A stretch of DNA of 32,000 nucleotides from Alkalilimnicola ehrlichii MLHE-1 (GTDB lineage Bacteria; Pseudomonadota; Gammaproteobacteria; Nitrococcales; Halorhodospiraceae), in NCBI RefSeq assembly GCF_000014785.1, contig NC_008340.1, positions 1,770,001 through 1,802,000 on the forward strand, read 5' to 3'. A program made the position numbers and the translations under genes. Each line of letters opens with the position of its first letter. Position 1 is the stretch's first letter. The notes below the pieces were generated by a model, which made no database searches, had not been told where the DNA came from, and worked only from the letters and a program-made list of their open reading frames with translations. Below, in pieces: positions 25,700 through 32,000 of this stretch.

Positions 25700-26134
25700 G
25701 TGGACGACCTCTATCGCGATATCATCCTGGACCATTACCGCCATCCGCGGCGGTTCGGCCCGGTGGAGCACTTTCCCCTGCGCGGCGAGGCGCGCAACGC
25801 CCTCTGCGGTGACGAGCTGCAACTGGGACTGGCGCTGTCGGGCGACCGGGTGTCGGCGATGGGCTTTCACGGTCGCGGCTGCGCCGTGTGCATGGCGGCC
25901 GCCTCGCTCTGCTGCGAGCGGCTGCCGGGAACCAGCGCGGCCCGGTTGGCCCTCTGGCCGGCACAGTTGGATGCGGCCCTGAAACGAAACGACGACGGCC
26001 TGCTGCCCGCGCCGCTGGAGCCCCTCACCTTGCTACGCGCCTATCCCGCCCGACACCGCTGCGTGCTGCTGATGGCAGAGGCGCTGGCCGAGGCGCTGGC
26101 CGGCCGGGTACACCCCGACGCCCTGGCTCAGTAA
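25700..26134 (+). CDS. SufU/IscU(NifU N-terminal)-like Fe-S/sulfur-transfer scaffold protein
   Basis: LYRDIILDHYRHPRRFG...NALCGDELQL...FHGRGCAVCMAAAS...ARHRCVLL carries the three conserved scaffold cysteines in SufU-like contexts. Its GTG start is 4 nt after the preceding stop, making it the last gene of the cox operon. Confidence 0.72.
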   Translation: MDDLYRDIILDHYRHPRRFGPVEHFPLRGEARNALCGDELQLGLALSGDRVSAMGFHGRGCAVCMAAASLCCERLPGTSAARLALWPAQLDAALKRNDDGLLPAPLEPLTLLRAYPARHRCVLLMAEALAEALAGRVHPDALAQ

Positions 26135-27894
26135 CCCGCGTCCACCACCTTCTTGACATCGTCCAGGTCCTCCAGCCGGACCCGGAAGGCCTCTTCCAGG
26201 GTGGTGACCCCGGTACGCGCCAGGTGCAGGCCGTGCCGGGTCAGACTGCGCATACCCCCCTCCACGGCCAGTTCCCTCAGCGCCTCGGTGGTGATGCCCT
26301 GAGCGATACGGGTGGCCATGTTGCGATCGGCCACCAGCAGTTCATAGGCCATGGCACGCCCGTGAAACCCGGTATAGTCGCAGCGATCACAGCCGGTCCC
26401 GGTCCAGAATGGCTCGTCGCCGACGCCCATCACCTGGCGCACCAGCGCCTCTGGCTCATGCGCCACCCGGCAATGGGTACAGATAACACGGACCAGCCGT
26501 TGGGCCAGCACGCCCATCACGGTGGAACTCACCAGGTAGGGCTCCACCCCCATGTCCACCAGGCGGGTCACGGCGCTGGGTGCATCGTTGGTGTGCAGGG
26601 TGGAAAGGACCATGTGGCCGGTGAGCGCCGCCTTGGTGGCGATCTCGGCCGTCTCCAGATCGCGGATCTCCCCGACCATGATCACATCGGGATCGTGGCG
26701 GAGGATATTGCGCAGCGCCCGGGCAAAGGTGTAGCCGATGCCGGCATTCACCTGGATCTGTTCCACCCCCTCCATGTCGTACTCCACCGGCTCCTCCACG
26801 GTAAGGATGTGGGGCTCGGCACGACGCACCTCCTGGAGCAGGGAGTAGAGGGTGGTGGACTTGCCCGAGCCGGTGGGTCCGGTGACCAGGATCATCCCCT
26901 GGGGGCGCTGGATCAGGGTGCGGACGATCCGGTCGTCGCGCTCAGAGAACCCGATTTCCTCCAGCCGCTTGAGTCCGTGGGCCTTGTTGAGGATGCGGAC
27001 GACCACGCTCTCGCCGGTGTAGGTGGGCATCACCGAAATGCGCAGGTCCACCGCCTTGCCGCTCACCCGCACCCGCGCATGGCCGTCTTGGGGCAGGCGC
27101 TTTTCGGCAATATTCATGCGACCCAGGATCTTGATGCGGGCGACAACCGCCGCCAGCTGCGCCTTGTCCACCAGTCGCACCCGCTGGATGGCGCCGTCGA
27201 TACGGAACATCACCGCCAGGTCGTTCTCGCGTGGCATGAAGTGGATGTCGGACGCCCCGCGGCTGATCGCCTGCAGGATGACGGTATTGACCAGCCGCAC
27301 CACCGGGCGGCTGCTGGCCTGGCTCTCTATCTCCTGGTCGCGGCGCAGGTCCCGGTCCTCATCGGTGGTCAGCAGGGTGTCCATGCCCTCCTCACCGCCG
27401 ATGGCCAGGGATTTATAGGAGCGATTAATCGCGCTGCTGATCTGATGGGGAGGCGCCAGGACCGGCTCCACGTTGAGTCCGGTATGGAAACGGAGGTTGG
27501 CCAGCAACTCCTCGTCCGTCGGGGTGGCGGTGGCAGCCATCAGCACCGATCGGTGGCGCGCCAGGGGCAGGACGTTGAGTCGCAGGCACATCTCGTAGGG
27601 GATCAGCCCGGCGACCTCCGGCTTGGCCACAAACCCCGCCAGATCCACCCGAGGGATCCCGAGCTGCTCGCACAGGGCGTCCTCGAGCTGCTCCCGGGTG
27701 ATGTGGCGATGCTCCACCAGCCAGCGGCCAAGCTGCAGGTGCGGCTGCGCCCGGTGGGTGTCCAAGGCCGCACGCAGCGTGGTCTCGTCGATAAGGCCCC
27801 GTTCCAGGAGGATGCCGCCGAGGCGCCGAACCTGCTTGCCCCGCGCCTTGATCAGCGCCTGTTCCAGATCGTGCTCGTCGGCGACCTTCAACAC
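26128..27894 (-). CDS. GspE/PilB/MshE-family secretion ATPase with MshEN-like N-terminal domain (orphan)
   Basis: Walker A GPTGSGKST, Asp box, Walker B DPDVIMVGEIRD, His box GHMVLSTLHTN, and tetracysteine CTHC...CDRC. The N-terminus has a T2SSE_N-like domain with tandem 24-aa repeats. Its GTG start overlaps the upstream stop (GTGTTGA). Confidence 0.9.
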   Translation of the reverse strand: MLKVADEHDLEQALIKARGKQVRRLGGILLERGLIDETTLRAALDTHRAQPHLQLGRWLVEHRHITREQLEDALCEQLGIPRVDLAGFVAKPEVAGLIPYEMCLRLNVLPLARHRSVLMAATATPTDEELLANLRFHTGLNVEPVLAPPHQISSAINRSYKSLAIGGEEGMDTLLTTDEDRDLRRDQEIESQASSRPVVRLVNTVILQAISRGASDIHFMPRENDLAVMFRIDGAIQRVRLVDKAQLAAVVARIKILGRMNIAEKRLPQDGHARVRVSGKAVDLRISVMPTYTGESVVVRILNKAHGLKRLEEIGFSERDDRIVRTLIQRPQGMILVTGPTGSGKSTTLYSLLQEVRRAEPHILTVEEPVEYDMEGVEQIQVNAGIGYTFARALRNILRHDPDVIMVGEIRDLETAEIATKAALTGHMVLSTLHTNDAPSAVTRLVDMGVEPYLVSSTVMGVLAQRLVRVICTHCRVAHEPEALVRQVMGVGDEPFWTGTGCDRCDYTGFHGRAMAYELLVADRNMATRIAQGITTEALRELAVEGGMRSLTRHGLHLARTGVTTLEEAFRVRLEDLDDVKKVVDAGY

Positions 27895-29612
27895 CCGTCT
27901 CCACGGTCGTCGTCTTCCCCCTCACCGAGCGAGGAATCCTCCTCCGCGAGGCGCACTGGCTCGGACTGCTGGCGCGCCCGGCTCAGCAGTGCGGCCAGCA
28001 TCTCCCCCTGCCCCGGGAAGATGGCGGTCCCCACGTGCGCCCAGCCCGGGCCCACCGGCTGCTCCCGCCCCGAGCGACGCAGGCTCTCCTCGACCCGGGC
28101 GCGCATGCGCTGGGCCACCGAAACGGCCTCGTCGCGCACCAGGTCCGGCAGCAGCATCACGAACTGCCCGGGCTCGATGCAGGCCAGGGTCTGCGATGGC
28201 CGCAGCAGGGCCTCCAGGCGCTGGATGATCAGGCTGTACCGCGCCGCCACCAGGGCCTCAAGCGCCGCATCACCGGACGGCTCCGCCACCTCCACCTGCA
28301 CCAGGACGATGACAATGCCCAGGTCCTTGATGCTGGCGCGGGTCTGGGCGCGCTCGAAGTGCACCGCGAGCACCCGTTCATTGGGCAGCCCACTGACCGG
28401 TTCAGCGCCGGCCATCTGGGTGAGTCGCCCCTGAACCTGCTTCTGCTCGGTGACATCCCGCGCCGCCCCGCGATAACCGGTGAGCTCCCCGGTGGCGCTG
28501 AACAGCGGCATGCCACTCACCCGCCACCAGCGCAGCTCACCGTTGCGCAGCACCCGATGTTCGATCTCCGAGAAGCCCCGTCCGCTGTCCCGCAGGCCGC
28601 TGAACCAGTTCCAGACCCGGGTGCGCTCCTCCGGCGGCATCAGGTCGAAGGGGCTCAGGGTCTCCAGGATCACCGGCGGGATACCCGCGATGGTCTCCGC
28701 CTGGGCGGATACCCACATGTAGCGGCCGTGCTCATCCACCTCCCAGAAGAACTCCAGCGCCGGACCGACGGGGCCGGTTGCCCGCTGCTCGCTCTCCACC
28801 AATGCACTCATCAGCGCCCGCTGCTCGGTGATATCCCGGGAGGTGCACTGCAGGGCGATCAGCTGGCCCTCGCCGTCCAGGTAGGCGGTGGCCCGGCTCT
28901 CCAGCCAGGCGTAGCTGCCGTCCCGGCGGCGGATGCGGTACTGCACGTCGCGCTCGGTCTCGCCCTGGACGGCGAGCTTGCGGAACAGGTCGCGCACCCG
29001 CTCCACGTCGCCCGGGTGGACGTAGTCGAGGGGGCTGACCCCGGTGAGCTGATCCGGTGTGTGGCCCAGCAGGTGGCGGACCGACTGGGAGACGTACATG
29101 AACTCGCCGTCGGGGGCGTGGAGGGTGACTAGGTCGCGGGTACTCTCGGCGAGGAAGCGGAACTTCTCCTGCGCCCGAAGCAGGGCCTGCTCCAGGTAGT
29201 AGCGCTCGGAGACGTCCAGCACACAGCCCACCCACTCCACCCCGCCGTCCCGCCGCGACTCCGGACGGGCGGAGAGCTCCAGGTGCACACGGGCCCGCCG
29301 GCCCGCCTTGACCATGTACTCACAGCGCCAGGGAGTGAGCCGCTTGGCCGAGTGATAGAGGCTCTCCAGCAATCGCTTGCGGTCGGGCTCCGGCACAAAG
29401 CGGAAGAGCTGGTGTTCCGCCCAGGGGCCACTGCCCTCACCCACGCGGTGGAGCCGTGCCAGCCCGGGGCCACGCGCGGTAAAGCGGATTGCCCCATCCA
29501 TCCCGAGCCGGCAGAACAGGACCTCCCCGGGGAAGCTGTCCGCCAGCAGATCAAATTGCGTCTGCGCCATCGAGGTCAATAGGTTTGAACCCGCGTCAGG
29601 GTTGCTCGTCAT
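27888..29612 (-). CDS. Sensor protein: three PAS domains + degenerate GGDEF domain (EPGQF)
   Basis: Three PAS/PAC units (each ends ...DVSERYY, ...RDITEQ, ...RDVTEQ). The C-terminal GGDEF fold has EPVSGLPNE in place of DPLTGLPNR and EPGQF (28161..28175) in place of GG(D/E)EF. Start placed at ATG 29610..29612, because the longer track ORF overlaps the HlyD gene. Confidence 0.78.
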   Translation of the reverse strand: MTSNPDAGSNLLTSMAQTQFDLLADSFPGEVLFCRLGMDGAIRFTARGPGLARLHRVGEGSGPWAEHQLFRFVPEPDRKRLLESLYHSAKRLTPWRCEYMVKAGRRARVHLELSARPESRRDGGVEWVGCVLDVSERYYLEQALLRAQEKFRFLAESTRDLVTLHAPDGEFMYVSQSVRHLLGHTPDQLTGVSPLDYVHPGDVERVRDLFRKLAVQGETERDVQYRIRRRDGSYAWLESRATAYLDGEGQLIALQCTSRDITEQRALMSALVESEQRATGPVGPALEFFWEVDEHGRYMWVSAQAETIAGIPPVILETLSPFDLMPPEERTRVWNWFSGLRDSGRGFSEIEHRVLRNGELRWWRVSGMPLFSATGELTGYRGAARDVTEQKQVQGRLTQMAGAEPVSGLPNERVLAVHFERAQTRASIKDLGIVIVLVQVEVAEPSGDAALEALVAARYSLIIQRLEALLRPSQTLACIEPGQFVMLLPDLVRDEAVSVAQRMRARVEESLRRSGREQPVGPGWAHVGTAIFPGQGEMLAALLSRARQQSEPVRLAEEDSSLGEGEDDDRGDGC

Positions 29613-29733
29613 CGAATGTAGAATTCCCCAGAAATTTTGAGGGCCATATACTCCAGCGTAGAACACGACAATACAACTGTTGACGCAAACGCCCGGATCC
29701 GACCAGCCGCTCCCGGCCTCCGGTGCCGGCGGT

Positions 29734-30933
29734 TCACGGGGCCGGGCGGATCCGCACCCGGCGCCCGTCGCTGAGGTCCCGATCGGGGTGCACCACCACG
29801 GCCTCGCCCGGCTCCAGCCCCGAGAGGATTTCCACATCGCCACCACCGCGCAGGCCCCGCTCCACCCGCCGCAGCCGCACCCGGCCATCGCTGACCACGA
29901 ACACCGCCCAGTGATCGCCATCGCGGAACAGGGCACTGATTGGTGCCCGCAACACGTCCTCGCGGCTGTCCAGCAGAAAGAGGGCGTTCACCCGATAGGC
30001 ATCACCCAGGGCGGCCCAGTCCGCCGGGTCGGAGATGAAATCCACAATAACCCGGACCCGCTGCTCCTCCACCCCCAGGGCCGAAAACTTGGTGAAACCG
30101 CTGGGCTCCACCCTTCGCACCACCCCGTCCAGGTCATCCCTCCCGCCCCAGCGCTGCAACGCAACCGCCATGCCCGGGCGGATGCGTACGGCATCGGCGG
30201 AGAGCACCTCCACCTCCACCTCCAGCGCCTGCGGGTCCGCCAGCTCCAGGATCGGCTCGCCCGGCTGCACCACCCGCGCGCTCTCGAAATGGCGCGCCAG
30301 CACCCGACCGCTGGCCGGTGCCTGGAGTTCGATGACCTCGGGGGTCTCCTCGTCCCGCTGCCCGGCAAACGCGAGCGCCAGTCGGGCCGCCTCCAGCTCC
30401 GCCCGGGCGGCATTGACCCGGTGGCGCGCCGCGGCGACCGTGGCCTCGGCCTGCCGGGCCTGGGCCGCCGCCCGGTCCACGTCGTGCCGGGAGACCGCGC
30501 CCCGCTCCCCGAGCCGGGACAGCCGCTCCTGTTCGCGGGCGGCGAAATCGGCACCGGCCCGGGCGGCCTGGTGCTCTTCGCCGGCCGTGGCCAGAGCCGC
30601 CTCGGCAGCCTCAACACGGGCCTGCGCCTGCCGTTCGCTGCGCAGGTCGAGCGCCTGGGGCAACAACGGGTCGAGGCGTACCAGCACCTCCCCCGCCTGC
30701 ACCGCATCGCCCACCTCCCACGCCACCCGGCGGGCGTGTGCCGGCACCGGGGCTGAGATGGCGTAGCGGTGCATGACCCGGGTCCGCCCCTCCTCCTCCA
30801 CGGTCTGGTGCACGGCACCACGGCTCACCTCGGTGATATCCACCCAGACCGGCTGCGGCCGAAAGCCCAGGTAGAGCAGCAGGGCCGCCACCGCCAGGCC
30901 GCCGATCCACACGGTCAGTCGCTTCCAATTCAT
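29734..30933 (-). CDS. HlyD/MacA-family periplasmic adaptor (membrane fusion protein)
   Basis: N-terminal TM anchor, a long Ala/Arg/Glu coiled-coil hairpin, beta-barrel/lipoyl segments, and the C-terminal ...GDVEILSGLEPGEAVVV. Confidence 0.88.
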   Translation of the reverse strand: MNWKRLTVWIGGLAVAALLLYLGFRPQPVWVDITEVSRGAVHQTVEEEGRTRVMHRYAISAPVPAHARRVAWEVGDAVQAGEVLVRLDPLLPQALDLRSERQAQARVEAAEAALATAGEEHQAARAGADFAAREQERLSRLGERGAVSRHDVDRAAAQARQAEATVAAARHRVNAARAELEAARLALAFAGQRDEETPEVIELQAPASGRVLARHFESARVVQPGEPILELADPQALEVEVEVLSADAVRIRPGMAVALQRWGGRDDLDGVVRRVEPSGFTKFSALGVEEQRVRVIVDFISDPADWAALGDAYRVNALFLLDSREDVLRAPISALFRDGDHWAVFVVSDGRVRLRRVERGLRGGGDVEILSGLEPGEAVVVHPDRDLSDGRRVRIRPAP

Positions 30934-30937
30934 GGCC

Positions 30938-31999
30938 TCATTCCCTGGTCTTCAGGACCTCGACAAGGTCCAGCCGGTCCAGCCGGCGTCGGACCACCCA
31001 GGCCGAGAGGAGGCCGGCGAGCACCACGATGAGCGCGGCGAACGCCATGCCTGACGGCGTGAGCACCACCGGCACCCGGTAGAGATCGGACTCGACGGCG
31101 CGGGCGACCCAGCCGTAGAGCAGCCAGCCGAGCAGGAAACCGGGCAGCAGTCCGGCCAGGATCAGCACCGCCTGTTCCCCCAGCAGGATGCGGGCGACCT
31201 CGCCCCGGGTAAAACCCAGCACCCGAAGGCTGGCCAACTCCCGGGCCCGCTCGGAGAGGCTGATCCGGGCACCGTTGTAGATCACTCCGAAGGCGATGCT
31301 GCCGGCCAGCAGGGTGGTGATGAAGGTGAACATCAACACCGTCTCCGCCAGGGTATCGTAAAAGCTGTCGATGGCGGCCTCGCGCTCGGCGATGCCAGCG
31401 ATACCGGGGCGTTCGCGCAGGGCCTCCACCACCGACGCCCGGTCGCCGGGGAGCAACTGCAGGCGCGCCCCGGAGACAGCGCTCCCCTCGCCCAGCAGGC
31501 GCTGGAGGGTCGCCAACGGCAGGTAGGCGTTCACCCCGATGAGCTCTGTGATCACGCCGCCCACCAGCAGTTCGTGTGACGTCCGGCGCCCCTCGAGAAA
31601 GGTTACCTGGAGCCGGTCCCCCGGCCGTACGTCCAGCTCCCGGGCCAGCCAGTCGGTCAGCAACAGGCCGTGCTCGGGCATCGGCTGCAGGCGCAAGTCC
31701 GTGTCCAGCAGGCGCCGCAGCTCCGCGCCGGGCTCCTGGCCCTGCAACGCCAGCCGCCAGGTGCGGTGGCCCGAGCGCAGCTCCACGCTGGCACTGCGCC
31801 AGGGCTCGACACGGACCACGCCCGGCAGGGCCTCCAGCTCGTGAACGGCCTTGCGGGCCGTGGGCTCGGTGAAGGTGACGGTGATATCGTCGCGCTCCAC
31901 CAGCCCGAAGTGGATGCCGACCATCTGGTGGATGGCGGCGTCCTGGAAGCGTCCCACCATCAGGATGGCACAGGCGAAGGCGACCCCGGTGATCCCCAT
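30938..31999 (-). CDS. FtsX/MacB-type ABC transporter permease, C-terminal part (gene continues past the right window edge)
   Basis: A TM helix, then a periplasmic MacB-PCD-like domain, then three TM helices (FTFITTLLAGSIAFGVIYN..., RVLGFTRGEVARILLGEQAVLILAGLL..., AFAALIVVLAGLLSAWVV). The stop is 4 nt before the adaptor gene start. Confidence 0.85.
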   Translation of the reverse strand: MGITGVAFACAILMVGRFQDAAIHQMVGIHFGLVERDDITVTFTEPTARKAVHELEALPGVVRVEPWRSASVELRSGHRTWRLALQGQEPGAELRRLLDTDLRLQPMPEHGLLLTDWLARELDVRPGDRLQVTFLEGRRTSHELLVGGVITELIGVNAYLPLATLQRLLGEGSAVSGARLQLLPGDRASVVEALRERPGIAGIAEREAAIDSFYDTLAETVLMFTFITTLLAGSIAFGVIYNGARISLSERARELASLRVLGFTRGEVARILLGEQAVLILAGLLPGFLLGWLLYGWVARAVESDLYRVPVVLTPSGMAFAALIVVLAGLLSAWVVRRRLDRLDLVEVLKTRE

Positions 32000-32000
32000 C

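Noticed and set aside
25888-28434. 848-aa plus-strand ORF spanning the sufU-like gene end and the whole secretion ATPase region
   Set aside because: It is out of frame with the sufU-like gene and antisense to a textbook GspE-family ATPase. The product is R/G/P/H-rich with no motifs.
29613-29936. Upstream extension of the PAS/degenerate-GGDEF ORF
   Set aside because: It overlaps the HlyD gene 3' end and crosses the AT-richer intergenic spacer. The translation is Cys/Gly/Trp-rich and not PAS-like.
1-32000. Search for CRISPR arrays, IS elements, integrases, phage genes or toxin-antitoxin pairs
   Set aside because: I found no regularly spaced direct repeats, no transposase- or integrase-like translations and no terminal inverted repeats flanking any segment. 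The window looks like core chromosome apart from the small spacer at 3930..4055.

Overview
Visibly GC-rich, gene-dense bacterial chromosomal segment with proteobacterial-type genes; the organism cannot be determined from the sequence alone. I support about 27 protein genes, one tRNA and several hairpins or operator-like repeats. I saw no rRNA, CRISPR array, transposase or integrase.

Left third: an edge-truncated MoxR-like AAA+ ATPase preceded by a 566-aa LRR-like unknown; a small membrane protein plus a GT2 glycosyltransferase; mogA; an orphan ORF; tRNA-Val(CAC) with a textbook promoter and terminator; sprT; ilvD; a 5'-truncated OprO/P-type porin; apbC/mrp; a Tat-signal Rieske protein; and a solitary moaE.

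Centre: a 1017-aa REC-like/GAF/PAS/PAS/GGDEF/EAL protein lies divergent from an RcoM-type (heme-PAS + LytTR) CO sensor. It is followed by a tightly packed nine-gene form-I aerobic CO dehydrogenase operon: coxM-coxS-coxL(fused to coxG)-coxD-coxE-xdhC-mocA-xdhC-sufU-like.

Right: a translationally coupled pair (triple-PAS protein with a degenerate GGDEF domain, then an orphan GspE/MshE-type secretion ATPase with an MshEN-like N-terminus), followed by a HlyD adaptor and an edge-truncated FtsX-type ABC permease.

Most unusual items:
- the in-frame CoxL-CoxG fusion
- a SufU/IscU-like scaffold gene closing the cox operon
- the degenerate-GGDEF / orphan secretion-ATPase pair
- the LRR-like + AAA+ pair at the left edge, with twin palindromic operators upstream

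All calls come from reading the translations and sequence by eye. No database search was run.
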